A stretch of 64,000 nucleotides of DNA from Escherichia phage UGJNEcP1. Both the position numbers and the translations under genes were made by a program. This document shows positions 20,053 through 29,273 of this stretch, piece after piece (position 1 is the stretch's first letter; each line of letters opens with the position of its first letter). The stretch lies in sequence record OV754623; one strand, written 5' to 3'. The notes below the pieces were generated by a model that was not told the origin of the DNA, did not search any database, and was given only the letters and a program-made list of their open reading frames with translations.

Positions 20053-20577
20053 TCATTTTAGCAAAATAAAATCAACTTGTTCTGCCAATGAACGTCTGAA
20101 CATTAATTGACAACTTCCAAGGATGAAATCAGGTGCTTCATAGACCGCGATGTAGTATCCTTTAGCTTTCAAGAGTTCAACATCCACCTGGTCATCAAAC
20201 CATGCATAGACCGCGTCAACACTTTCAAATCCAAAATAGAACTCTTGAGCCCAATCTTCGCTCAATTCAAATGTGTGCTCAATTCTATGGTATCTTAAGG
20301 TATTTTGTTCAAGGAGTTTGTCTTCATTTACTGTAGGACGATTAGGGACATTATAGTTGTCGCCATGATGGTAGAAGTTACCTGAGAGTATTCCATGCTT
20401 ATCAAGGAACTCCCATGTTTCTTCAGAGTTGTCGGTGCCCGACCAACCGTATGGCGAACGAGGTTCTTTATTCCAAGAGGTTTCCCAAATTCTGACGGCT
20501 TTACCGTCTTCAATAGCAATTCCTGGTAATGATTCACGTTGAGTACAAAAACTACGTTCTACTCGGTAAACTAACAT
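20053..20577 (-). CDS. Hypothetical protein (174 aa)
   Basis: ORF with its own upstream promoter; no family recognised. Confidence 0.5.
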   Translation of the reverse strand: MLVYRVERSFCTQRESLPGIAIEDGKAVRIWETSWNKEPRSPYGWSGTDNSEETWEFLDKHGILSGNFYHHGDNYNVPNRPTVNEDKLLEQNTLRYHRIEHTFELSEDWAQEFYFGFESVDAVYAWFDDQVDVELLKAKGYYIAVYEAPDFILGSCQLMFRRSLAEQVDFILLK

Positions 20578-20604
20578 ATTATTCTCCTCTGGTTGATATG
20601 GTTA

Positions 20605-20632
20605 TAATATCAAAACCAGAGGAGAAGTAAAC
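20605..20632 (-). promoter_or_regulatory. Sigma70-type early promoter with 11-bp inverted repeat
   Basis: GTTTAC, 16 nt, TATTAT; arms CTCCTCTGGTT / AACCAGAGGAG flank -10. Confidence 0.55.
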
Positions 20633-20636
20633 AACT

Positions 20637-21056
20637 TTATGCAAAAGATGCTGGACAATATTTTTTGATTTGGAACTCAGGAACTACCATGAACTGACCA
20701 GCAAAAACAATGTTATAAAGCTTGACGCCATCTTCAACCCATTGGTCACTGATGAACCCAGCGACTTGATTCGTTGTCCACGGTGTTCCGTCTGTCGCAG
20801 AGGCAATGGTGAACTTGTGGTCTTTTACAACTAAAACCGATCTGCACAGTTTCCATTTGAACGCTTTTTCTTCCGGTTCAATGAATTGGCTTTTAACGTA
20901 ACCAATGTTACCATCGGCGTCACGAACTTTAATTTCGTTACGTCCAAAAACAGGATCACTCACATAAAGAACTTCAACCAACTTCCCGGCAACTTTAGAG
21001 CGAGAAGCATCCGATACGTGTACATAATCACCAATAGAGAGATTTGCAATATTCAT
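20637..21056 (-). CDS. Hypothetical protein, paralog family member A
   Basis: 139 aa; shares SxASRSKxAGxLVEV and GFISDQWVEDG.KLYNIVF with the next gene and a conserved ~30-nt DNA stretch with both neighbours. Confidence 0.6.
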   Translation of the reverse strand: MNIANLSIGDYVHVSDASRSKVAGKLVEVLYVSDPVFGRNEIKVRDADGNIGYVKSQFIEPEEKAFKWKLCRSVLVVKDHKFTIASATDGTPWTTNQVAGFISDQWVEDGVKLYNIVFAGQFMVVPEFQIKKYCPASFA

Positions 21057-21065
21057 AATAATTCC

Positions 21066-21530
21066 TTAAGCTTTACGAGGAGACACATAGCGAGTGATTT
21101 CAGATTCTTCAACAACTCGGAAGTCACCTAAGAATACAATATTGTATAGCTTTTTACCATCTTCAACCCATTGGTCGCTGATGAAGCCGCACATAGTATC
21201 AGTTTTGCTTGGATAACCGTATTCGTCGATGTAATCAAATTCTTTATCGGTTATAAATTCAACGCCTTTGCAAAGGGCCCATTTGAACTGTGTAGTAGGC
21301 TCAACGATATCGCTTGAAGCAAATTGGACTCGTATATGTTTTTCCAGGAATTTAGGACTTACGTAAGCATACTGGGCATCTTGTCCGCCAAAACTCGGGA
21401 TGATTCGAACTTTAACTTCTTTAACACGTCCCATGCCGTTAGTACGAAGCCCTGCTACTTCAACCAGACGACCTGCAGCTTTAGAACGAGAAGCAGGAGA
21501 TACACGAAGGATTTCACCAATAGTAATCAT
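21066..21530 (-). CDS. Hypothetical protein, paralog family member B
   Basis: About 154 aa from MITIGEILRVSPASRSKAAGRLVEV; the track N-terminal extension overlaps the promoter. Confidence 0.6.
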   Translation of the reverse strand: MITIGEILRVSPASRSKAAGRLVEVAGLRTNGMGRVKEVKVRIIPSFGGQDAQYAYVSPKFLEKHIRVQFASSDIVEPTTQFKWALCKGVEFITDKEFDYIDEYGYPSKTDTMCGFISDQWVEDGKKLYNIVFLGDFRVVEESEITRYVSPRKA

Positions 21531-21592
21531 AATTTCTCTCTCTTTGTTTAAATTGAATTCACTATACTCCATCCATCCTTGGATGTACAACA

Positions 21593-22087
21593 TTAATTAA
21601 GGATATTAACCACAGCACTACGTGGAACAACACTAAAATCACCAGCATGAACAACGTTAATAAGTTCAACACCATCTTCAATCCACTGGTCAGTTACCCA
21701 TCCACTCACTGGACCTGCGAACGGACGTCGAATTGAAACGGCTTTACACAACAAATCAGTAGGCTCAATAGGCTTAATCAGAGTACCGTACATACAAGCG
21801 ATGTCCATATCAAAGTGGAGACCATCTTTAACAGGTGCTTCTTCAATCAACAGTTCAAAGTCTGTGCTTGGAAGGGCGGTAGTAGAAATTGTACCGTATG
21901 AATTTTTAATTTCTAAGAATAACCAAGGGCCTTCAGCTTGTTTGATGAAGTTAACAATAGTGAAACTATTACCTTGAGTGGCACCTAAAATTTCACAAAA
22001 CTTTTCATAAGCTCGCACTGAAGCACCGTACCAATTGATTTGTTTTTCGTCTTTCAGGATGTAAGTAGCCGTAGTATTGATATTCAT
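21593..22087 (-). CDS. Hypothetical protein, paralog family member C
   Basis: 164 aa; C-terminal GWVTDQWIEDGVELINVVHAGDF related to A and B. Confidence 0.6.
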   Translation of the reverse strand: MNINTTATYILKDEKQINWYGASVRAYEKFCEILGATQGNSFTIVNFIKQAEGPWLFLEIKNSYGTISTTALPSTDFELLIEEAPVKDGLHFDMDIACMYGTLIKPIEPTDLLCKAVSIRRPFAGPVSGWVTDQWIEDGVELINVVHAGDFSVVPRSAVVNILN

Positions 22088-22118
22088 AATGTTTTTCCTG
22101 TTTGGTTAAGATAGAAAG

Positions 22119-22148
22119 ATTATACTCCAACCATCCTTGGTTGTAAAC
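22119..22148 (-). promoter_or_regulatory. Sigma70-type early promoter with spacer hairpin
   Basis: GTTTAC, 18 nt, TATAAT; the spacer holds a 6-bp stem hairpin (caacca-tcct-tggttg); same element at the 3' window edge. Confidence 0.55.
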
Positions 22149-22152
22149 TGTT

Positions 22153-22830
22153 TTATCGCTGTTTTACACTTAACGGGTCAGGATTCTCAGGGACATCTTC
22201 AAGGCCAAGCGCATAACGCTGGGCATATTTTAACATCAAAATATCTTTAGCACAATCATGAATACTATCATGGGCAACGAATCCTTTTAGCGTACCCATC
22301 GGTAATGGACACATACTTAATCCTCGTGTCAACGAGTAAGCTTCGATTGCCGTACGAATATCACGTTGAGCCCAGAATTTAACAGGTTCTAATTTATCAG
22401 TATCAATATCTGGTTCAAGAACACCTTCATCACGATAGAGGTCACGAATCAAATCGACCAAGATTGGGAAGTCAAAGCTCATACCACGACACCACATCTG
22501 TGATTTCCATTGGTCAACTTTATTAGCTCGACAATAATCTAAAAAGATTTTAATGCCTTCAAGCGTAGTGACATCGTCTTCAGACGGAGCCAAGTTTTTA
22601 CGTGCTTCAGCCGATTGTTCTTTCCACCATTTCATAGTTGATTTAGCGAAAACTCGCTTCCCTTTCTGAGAAGCTAAATTAAATTTAATTCGCTTACCTC
22701 GTTGAACAAGTTCTTCGAATGATTCAACAACTTCAGGGTCGGAATTATATGCAATAACCGCAAGGTCAATAACGGCCGCTTTTGATGTATTGCCGAATGT
22801 TTCAAAATCTATAATAACATCAGTGCTCAT
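22153..22830 (-). CDS. dexA: Exonuclease A (DexA), DEDDh 3'-5' exonuclease
   Basis: 225 aa; N-terminal D-x-E motif (IIDFETFG) and T4 dexA position next to dda. Confidence 0.8.
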   Translation of the reverse strand: MSTDVIIDFETFGNTSKAAVIDLAVIAYNSDPEVVESFEELVQRGKRIKFNLASQKGKRVFAKSTMKWWKEQSAEARKNLAPSEDDVTTLEGIKIFLDYCRANKVDQWKSQMWCRGMSFDFPILVDLIRDLYRDEGVLEPDIDTDKLEPVKFWAQRDIRTAIEAYSLTRGLSMCPLPMGTLKGFVAHDSIHDCAKDILMLKYAQRYALGLEDVPENPDPLSVKQR

Positions 22831-22839
22831 AATTTTCTC

Positions 22840-24153
22840 TCAAATAAAATGGACGTCAAACCGACCACGAGTTGTGCCGACATACAATAACTGTTTAGCT
22901 AATTCTGAATCGGCATAATGGATACACGGTGTATAAACAAAGGCCGTGTCAACAGACATACCCTGGGCCTTATGGAAGGTTGATACAGGTAGTGCCTTCA
23001 CCTTAGTGAACATACGTTTAGCATCCCAGAATTCGCTCCATGGAGCTTTACCACCTTTATTCCAGAATTTGTATGTTTCTGCGGTCTTAGCCAAAAACAA
23101 ATTGAATTTATAAAGCTCTTCTTCAGAAGAAATAACCTTTATATCTTCGCGGATGTATTCTTCATCATCCCCATATGTTTCTACTGTAAGATTCCAGTAT
23201 CGTATCATATATTCGCCTGAAACACCACGTGCTTTAACGAATGTAGACGTTTCTACAGCATCTCGAATACGAACGAATTGCCCGTTATTGAAAAGCATTT
23301 CAGTCATATTTTTGCCATCTAGCTTGTACGTCTTAGTAAATGGCTCTTGTAGAACAATGACTTCGTCTTTAATAAATGGTTTTTCTGTTTCAAGAAGTTT
23401 TCGGCGAATAATTGAATTTAACTTGTCCACCGACTTATTTGTGAATGCCATCATTCGATTTTCGAAAAGGTCTTCAGGAGTTTTAACGACGTTAAAATAG
23501 TTCATCATATACGATTTAAGGTCTGTATATCCATGAACACCGTGTCCATCAACTACTTTATCGTAAATCCATTTGCCATTACGAATATCAGTCGCAACAT
23601 CAATAATTGGTGCATTGCTACGTTTAACTTCTGTAAGGTTGCATTGCACGAAGTCTTTGTGAGTGAAGAAAGGACTTAGATACGCAGTTGATTCGCCTGG
23701 GTCTACCGGACGAATCTGGCATCGGTCGCCGATTCCAATTACTGTACACCATTTAGGGATACTAGCTAACATTATTTTAAACAGAGAACGGTCGCACATT
23801 GACGCTTCATCAAATAACAGTACACGACACAAGGCTAAGTCGGGAACCTTTTTCTGTTCAAACAATACGTTTTCTTCGTATGTAGTTGGGTTGATTTTAA
23901 GAATGCTATGAATAGTCGATGCTTCTTGACCCGCAAGTTTGCTTAGAACCTTTTTAGCAGCATGTGTAGGGGCTGCTAAAATAATACCTGATTCTCCAGA
24001 AGAAATAAGGGCTTCAACGATGAATCTAGTAAGGGTTGTTTTACCTGTACCAGCAGGTCCATTAATAGTTACATGATGTTTCTTTTCTTTAATAGCTTTC
24101 ATAACAACGTTGAAGGCGTTTTTCTGGCCTTCAGTCAAATCATCAAATGTCAT
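22840..24153 (-). CDS. dda: Dda DNA helicase (SF1B)
   Basis: 437 aa; Walker A GPAGTGKTT, Walker B LLFDEASM and N-terminal LTEGQKNAF as in T4 Dda. Confidence 0.9.
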   Translation of the reverse strand: MTFDDLTEGQKNAFNVVMKAIKEKKHHVTINGPAGTGKTTLTRFIVEALISSGESGIILAAPTHAAKKVLSKLAGQEASTIHSILKINPTTYEENVLFEQKKVPDLALCRVLLFDEASMCDRSLFKIMLASIPKWCTVIGIGDRCQIRPVDPGESTAYLSPFFTHKDFVQCNLTEVKRSNAPIIDVATDIRNGKWIYDKVVDGHGVHGYTDLKSYMMNYFNVVKTPEDLFENRMMAFTNKSVDKLNSIIRRKLLETEKPFIKDEVIVLQEPFTKTYKLDGKNMTEMLFNNGQFVRIRDAVETSTFVKARGVSGEYMIRYWNLTVETYGDDEEYIREDIKVISSEEELYKFNLFLAKTAETYKFWNKGGKAPWSEFWDAKRMFTKVKALPVSTFHKAQGMSVDTAFVYTPCIHYADSELAKQLLYVGTTRGRFDVHFI

Positions 24154-24461
24154 CGTAAAGTCCCTGCAATTGGAATACTAACAATACGGCCTGTGTCCAG
24201 AATTCGTTGATACAATCTTTGCGTCTCCGCATCTAGTTTAACGTGTTTCATTTCAAGCTTATTAAACCAGAACTTACGCGGAGTTTCGACCATTCTTAGA
24301 GCTCCCATTTTTAAATCTGTTTTATACTGTGTTTTCAAAGTATCGAAAACTTTATCTGCAATATCCTTTCTAAAAAATACTGCAGGACGATGCTCATCAA
24401 GTGGAACCGGGACAGTAAATCCTTCCATATCTCGATAAACTATTGCATATACATAAACCAT
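24150..24461 (-). CDS. Hypothetical protein (dda.1 position)
   Basis: 103-aa ORF overlapping the dda stop. Confidence 0.5.
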   Translation of the reverse strand: MVYVYAIVYRDMEGFTVPVPLDEHRPAVFFRKDIADKVFDTLKTQYKTDLKMGALRMVETPRKFWFNKLEMKHVKLDAETQRLYQRILDTGRIVSIPIAGTLR

Positions 24462-24463
24462 AA

Positions 24464-25210
24464 TTAACCTTTAATCAGTTGGAATAATGATGCGCTAAGT
24501 GGTAAGCCACGTTTCAATTTTAATTTACCAATGAAACCAATCTTTTCAAAACGTTGCAGACCTTGGATAACTTTATCATATGTATCGAAAAGCGATTCAG
24601 CGTCAGTTAATTTAGTTTTAGTTTTCCAGTCAGAGCCTTTAAGAAGAACGTTGAGTTTAGTAAGTTCATGGCCTTCTGCTTGATGTGAGCCGTTAATGCG
24701 TGCTTTCAAAGCAACAATTCTAAGTTTAGATTCGTTAGATAAAGGTTGATTTTTCATCATGTTCGCCATATGCTTAACACGATTTTCACGTTTTGCTCGG
24801 ATTTTTAAAATAGTACCATAAACCTTTTTAATTTGGGCCCATTTCTTCTCGTCGAGATTAAGTTTCTCTACTTTACGAACAGAAGGATTAGCGATACGTC
24901 TTGCAATAGCATCACGTTTCTCAATAAGTTCTTCTAATGTTAAATCAGAACGAGCCGTGTTATATTTTTTCTTAACTGGGATAACATTACCTTTAATGTA
25001 GCCTATATCATTATTAAAACGTTCTAAGGATAATTTCTCACCTTCAACAGAGTTATTGAAAGATTCACCTGAGTAAGCGCAGACCTTTTGATCAAGAATG
25101 TTTTTAAGGTAATTAAAGTCTAAGTTAAAATCCTTAGAGCGTCTCTTCGCAGAAGCTCTGGTGTGGTCAAGACGACGATTGATTTTGTTAATTTTATTAT
25201 TTGATAACAT
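24464..25210 (-). CDS. Basic protein at the srd position (Srd-like)
   Basis: 248 aa, very basic; between dda and modA as T4 srd; identity from position only. Confidence 0.35.
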   Translation of the reverse strand: MLSNNKINKINRRLDHTRASAKRRSKDFNLDFNYLKNILDQKVCAYSGESFNNSVEGEKLSLERFNNDIGYIKGNVIPVKKKYNTARSDLTLEELIEKRDAIARRIANPSVRKVEKLNLDEKKWAQIKKVYGTILKIRAKRENRVKHMANMMKNQPLSNESKLRIVALKARINGSHQAEGHELTKLNVLLKGSDWKTKTKLTDAESLFDTYDKVIQGLQRFEKIGFIGKLKLKRGLPLSASLFQLIKG

Positions 25211-25363
25211 AATATTTTCCTCTGTCTTACGGACGTTAAGGTCATTTAGCTGATAAGCTTATAATATCATGCCCTCAGGTAGTGTACACTCTTTTTTCAT
25301 GAAATGCTTTAATTTTTTATGTGTTATAATGGTTCTGAGTTCCATCCGGTTATTCCAATTCAG

Positions 25364-25972
25364 TCAGTAACTGACAATAGACAGATTCCAGATTGTATAA
25401 CGTCCATCCTGAATAATAGAATCTACACACAGTGTAGTCCCTATAGGGAGCATAAATTCACATTCGTCAGATATAAGTCTAGCATTAGACCGTCTTGTCG
25501 CTTCAGGGAAAGCTCCATTGAACTCACAAGATGGCGCAGCCAGAATCATGTTAAGCATATGTTCACGGAAGTTGAAAGCAAATGGTGCATCTTTGATGCA
25601 GAACATATTAAATGTTCCGTAAAAATTATACGAAGCAAAGTTACGTGCTACACCGAACACTGGGCTGAAGCTCATTACTCTGTCAAATTTAATAATACTA
25701 CCAATGCCTTTATCATCGAGTGTGGCCATAGTTTTCTTAGAGATTCCACGATACATTGTCTCAGGAACAGAAGACGTCCAATTTCTACGAACGATTGAAC
25801 TTAACTCCTGTTGAATACAGTCTGGCTTGTTTTCCATACACTGCCAAAGGACACTTTGTTCAATGTCGCTGAATTGACTATCAATTTCGTACTGCAATAC
25901 ATCTTGATATTCGGGGTTTTGAGCACGACGAACCATTTCTTCAATTTCACACTCGTTATACGGCATAAACAT
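25364..25972 (-). CDS. modA: ADP-ribosyltransferase ModA (R-S-E class)
   Basis: 202 aa; MYRGIS (Arg), SFSPVFG (Ser-x-Ser region) and a C-terminal Glu-rich motif; tandem with modB as in T4. Confidence 0.7.
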   Translation of the reverse strand: MFMPYNECEIEEMVRRAQNPEYQDVLQYEIDSQFSDIEQSVLWQCMENKPDCIQQELSSIVRRNWTSSVPETMYRGISKKTMATLDDKGIGSIIKFDRVMSFSPVFGVARNFASYNFYGTFNMFCIKDAPFAFNFREHMLNMILAAPSCEFNGAFPEATRRSNARLISDECEFMLPIGTTLCVDSIIQDGRYTIWNLSIVSY

Positions 25973-26029
25973 TTTGGTTTCTCCTGTGGTTGATAAAGGT
26001 ATAGTATCATCATCGGAAGAGTTTGTACA

Positions 26030-26644
26030 CTAAAAATTCAACATTTTCAAATGAATGATTTTGTATAATCGAGATAAAGGGTCATACTCTAACTCTTCGA
26101 TTTCCACAATCTCAAATCTAGAGATACTTGAAACCATGTACTCTTGTTCAGATTCAATCATATCTAGGACATCAACACGTGTTTCTTCCATAACATGCTT
26201 AGGGTTCTTTCCGGCGAGTACAATATTAACCATGTTTTGGTAGTAATCAAAAATGAATGGAGCATTCCTGAGACTAAGAATAGTGTACGTCTGATATTCC
26301 CATCTCCCAGAGAATTGACGAGCTGTACTGAAATCAGTTGTGAACGATGTTACTCGTCCAGGAGACCAATGGCATCCAACAGAAAGAAGTGAAAGACGTT
26401 CTACTTCTTCTGGAGTTACACCACGGTAAAGTTCTACTGGTACTGTAGAAGTCATATGCTTACGAACAAGATGGTCTAATTCATAGTGGAAATCCGGGTC
26501 TTCCTTAGAATCGGTGCAAGCCCAGAGAATGTTTTGTTCTTGGCGGGTGAATTTGTTATCAATAAGATTTGTTAGGTATTCACGTTCTTGAAGTTCAGAT
26601 TGACATGTCATGATAGACCTCCATTTAAAGATAAAGCCTATCAT
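26030..26644 (-). CDS. modB: ADP-ribosyltransferase ModB (R-S-E class)
   Basis: 204 aa; paralog of the preceding gene with LYRGV, SFTTDFSTA and MIESEQEYM motifs. Confidence 0.7.
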   Translation of the reverse strand: MIGFIFKWRSIMTCQSELQEREYLTNLIDNKFTRQEQNILWACTDSKEDPDFHYELDHLVRKHMTSTVPVELYRGVTPEEVERLSLLSVGCHWSPGRVTSFTTDFSTARQFSGRWEYQTYTILSLRNAPFIFDYYQNMVNIVLAGKNPKHVMEETRVDVLDMIESEQEYMVSSISRFEIVEIEELEYDPLSRLYKIIHLKMLNF

Positions 26645-26828
26645 AACACGAGAGGAGGGAATGTAAACTACTTTTTAAGCTTTCCTACTAAAGGACCATC
26701 AGGACCAGGTTGTTCTAACATGAATAACGATGCTTTAAAAAGCAATGTCAACCCTTTCACCATTCGATACCATGTCTCAAAGTCTTTTTCCTTAATTTCT
26801 AGTAAGAATTTCTCTTTAAATTTCTCTT

Positions 26829-27017
26829 TCATTTCCAAGGACTCCATGGTGGAGGGTCGTCATAATAAGATGCAAGGTCTTTCAGGGCTTCAACAGGTAA
26901 ACTAAAGCCATGACGCTGTATAATACTATCTAGTTCATCAACAAGTTCACTACGATGCACTTTAGGAGCCTCAACTTCAGGCTCGTCAAACATACTCATA
27001 AGGTCCATATTATTCAC
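26829..27017 (-). CDS. Hypothetical acidic small protein
   Basis: 62-aa ORF. Confidence 0.4.
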   Translation of the reverse strand: MNNMDLMSMFDEPEVEAPKVHRSELVDELDSIIQRHGFSLPVEALKDLASYYDDPPPWSPWK

Positions 27018-27474
27018 CTAAATAAAAACTAGGCTGCTCGGAGAATGTTTCTAGCGCTACACCTTTTGTCTTAAAAAATTTCCAAATAGCTCGTTGCAAA
27101 TGGATTAAATCTGCTAATGATGTAATAAAGTATTTTTTGGCAAAATATTTATGGTCTCGCTTTTCAAACAAGTCTAAACGCTTTTCAGGATTCACATAAA
27201 CGGCATTTTCCGTAGATTCATAACCTAAGTCCTTTATGCCTTCTTCAAGACTAAACGGAGAATTTTTAGAACGAGTAATAGCTCCAACTCGCTCTACACG
27301 AATTTTGTAACCTTTAGGAATCTGCAATTTGCAGAATTCTTCTACGATATATTGCGGATTATTTAGACTTTTGTTAATGAGAATAGCTATTTCTAGTGGA
27401 GTCTTATCTTCCACTGGTATATGTTTAAATGACTTGGCTTCAAGCAAATACATTTTAAATAACATAGCATCCAT
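27010..27474 (-). CDS. Hypothetical protein (154 aa)
   Basis: ORF overlapping its neighbours. Confidence 0.5.
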   Translation of the reverse strand: MDAMLFKMYLLEAKSFKHIPVEDKTPLEIAILINKSLNNPQYIVEEFCKLQIPKGYKIRVERVGAITRSKNSPFSLEEGIKDLGYESTENAVYVNPEKRLDLFEKRDHKYFAKKYFITSLADLIHLQRAIWKFFKTKGVALETFSEQPSFYLGE

Positions 27475-27653
27475 TATAATTTCCTCGATGGTTCACCCAT
27501 ATAAAGTTTTACAATACGTTCGCCTTCATCTTCGACGAGCTTTTCTTCATGTTTCTGGAATTCTTTAGCCATATTCTCTTCAAGAACATCCAGCCAATCT
27601 TCTGGACCGACACCATCGTCCCAGCTTTTAAACCATTTAACTATCTTGTTCAT
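27474..27653 (-). CDS. Hypothetical small protein (about 59 aa)
   Basis: Hand-translated MNKIVKWFKSWDDGVGPEDWLDVLEEN...; ATGA/TAATG overlaps on both sides; below the track cutoff. Confidence 0.4.
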   Translation of the reverse strand: MNKIVKWFKSWDDGVGPEDWLDVLEENMAKEFQKHEEKLVEDEGERIVKLYMGEPSRKL

Positions 27654-27837
27654 TCGCAGCTCCCTGAGCTTGAATCACAATCAGAATAACTTGACCCAGA
27701 ATCACCAGACCAAGACGATACATATGAATGATTATAACTTGAAGAGTTTGAAGCAGACTTAGGACGAATAACTTCTTCCATCATTCCGTCACCGATATAT
27801 TCCCAACTTTTTTCGTGTGTATCAGGAATAGGCATCA
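27650..27837 (-). CDS. Hypothetical Ser-rich small protein
   Basis: From the internal MMPIPDTHEKSW; Ser/Cys-rich C-terminal tail; start uncertain. Confidence 0.35.
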
Positions 27838-27851
27838 TACCTTCGCCTGGT

Positions 27852-28079
27852 TTAACAGCAAACAACTTCTTCAGTATCGTAAGCATTAATTGTTCCTCGA
27901 ACAAAACGAACACCACCATTATCCCAGCGGATTTCGGCATTAAATTTGACGTCTTCACCATCCATCATGAATGAGTGTACGACTACATCATCGTAATATC
28001 CAAGACCGTATTTCAACGAAACTTCTTGAGCAATCAAAGCACCTAATGTGTTATTAGGTTTAATCCAACGATTTAACAT
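27852..28079 (-). CDS. Hypothetical protein (about 75 aa)
   Basis: From the internal MLNRWIKPNNT with RBS agaggag; the track ORF begins at a TTG further upstream. Confidence 0.45.
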   Translation of the reverse strand: MLNRWIKPNNTLGALIAQEVSLKYGLGYYDDVVVHSFMMDGEDVKFNAEIRWDNGGVRFVRGTINAYDTEEVVCC

Positions 28080-28149
28080 ATTGTTCTCCTCTTGAGTAAG
28101 TAAGAATATCTTAACACAGTTTTTAGCGGTTGTAAACTGTAGAAACAAA

Positions 28150-28180
28150 AAAAAAAAGGAATCCCGAAGGATTCCTAAAT
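28150..28180 (-). terminator. Rho-independent terminator downstream of soc
   Basis: Minus-strand hairpin ggaatccttcgggattcc followed by an 11-nt T-run. Confidence 0.7.
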
Positions 28181-28183
28181 TAT

Positions 28184-28420
28184 TTAACCACTTACTGGTG
28201 TAGGGGTAAACATTGCAGCGTTCTTAGTTTTCCAGTCAGCTGCATCAGAAACTACAGTAGAATAAGCTGCCTTTTCAGAAGGAAAGGTCTGATAATGAGA
28301 ATCTGCAATCCGATGTTCGTTTGAATAAATCTCAAACGGTACAGAAACTTCCATACCTTTAACTTCTTTGCCTTCACCAGCCGGACGTGTAAAGGTTTTG
28401 ATATTAACGTAACCACCCAT
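28184..28420 (-). CDS. soc: Small outer capsid protein Soc
   Basis: 78 aa; GYVNIKTF, AHYQTFPSEKAAYSTV-like stretch as in T4 Soc; late promoter upstream and strong terminator downstream. Confidence 0.85.
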   Translation of the reverse strand: MGGYVNIKTFTRPAGEGKEVKGMEVSVPFEIYSNEHRIADSHYQTFPSEKAAYSTVVSDAADWKTKNAAMFTPTPVSG

Positions 28421-28452
28421 AATTAACTCCTTTGTTGTTTAATTACAGGTGT

Positions 28453-28460
28453 ATTTATAA
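28453..28460 (-). promoter_or_regulatory. T4-type late promoter (TATAAATA) for soc
   Basis: Minus-strand TATAAATA about 30 nt upstream of the soc ATG. Confidence 0.55.
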
Positions 28461-28465
28461 CTTAA

Positions 28466-29002
28466 TCAGTAACCATTATCCTGACGTTCAAAGTTGTGTT
28501 GGTTTTTCAAGTAGTAAAGTTTAAAGATTTCTTCTGCAGTGAGTCCAAGACCCTGGAACATATTCAGAACAAAGTGGAGGATATCAATCATTTCAAATTT
28601 AATTTCAAGCTGGTCTTCAGGAGACAGTTCATCGATACGACGATTTCGATATTCAGCATGTTGTGCTTTCCAAGGCTTCCATACAGAGCTAGCGGCTTTT
28701 TCACCATTGCTCATACCACCGAGTGAAGTCAGCAGTTCACGGAATTCATCATCAATATAATCTTTCTGATTACGCAGCCAATCAACAACATCACCAGCAG
28801 TGGCCAATTCATCAGGATGTTTGTTATGTTCAGGCTTGTCATTTGCCAGACGAACCTGTAAAGATTTCTGCATATCAAGCATTACCTGCAGTGGGTCTTT
28901 ATCTTCGTGAATCAGAGCATTAAAATAAGCTTCTTCCGCTTTATCAACACCAGAAATAAGTTGTGAACATTCGTTAAAGTGTGCCATTATTTTTCCTTTC
29001 AA
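28466..29002 (-). CDS. 56: dCTP pyrophosphatase gp56 (MazG-like)
   Basis: 178 aa; all-alpha NTP-pyrophosphatase-like sequence at the T4 gene 56 position between soc and 61; start may be the internal MAHF. Confidence 0.7.
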   Translation of the reverse strand: MKGKIMAHFNECSQLISGVDKAEEAYFNALIHEDKDPLQVMLDMQKSLQVRLANDKPEHNKHPDELATAGDVVDWLRNQKDYIDDEFRELLTSLGGMSNGEKAASSVWKPWKAQHAEYRNRRIDELSPEDQLEIKFEMIDILHFVLNMFQGLGLTAEEIFKLYYLKNQHNFERQDNGY

Positions 29003-29075
29003 TTCAGTATAAGAGAGTTAATTTTAACATTAATTTTATAAAGCGTAATAAATAATAGGTAACTAAGGAGATATT

Positions 29076-29273
29076 ATGTTTAAACTTCCATCGTTAATCA
29101 ACGCTATTAAAGGCAATAAAAAGAAAACTGCTATCGCTGCAATAGTTGTAGGTGGCATTATTTCATGGAACTTCGGGATTGCACCATTGTTAGTTGCCCA
29201 TGGTATTATAGTTCCTTCTGTTCCATTGGATACTGTAGTTGATTTGGCCTTTGCTATTATAGGGCTTGTTTAA
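29076..29273 (+). CDS. Small hydrophobic membrane protein on the plus strand
   Basis: 65 aa; strong RBS taaggag 7 nt before the ATG; two hydrophobic segments; convergent with the gene 61 stop. Confidence 0.5.
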   Translation: MFKLPSLINAIKGNKKKTAIAAIVVGGIISWNFGIAPLLVAHGIIVPSVPLDTVVDLAFAIIGLV

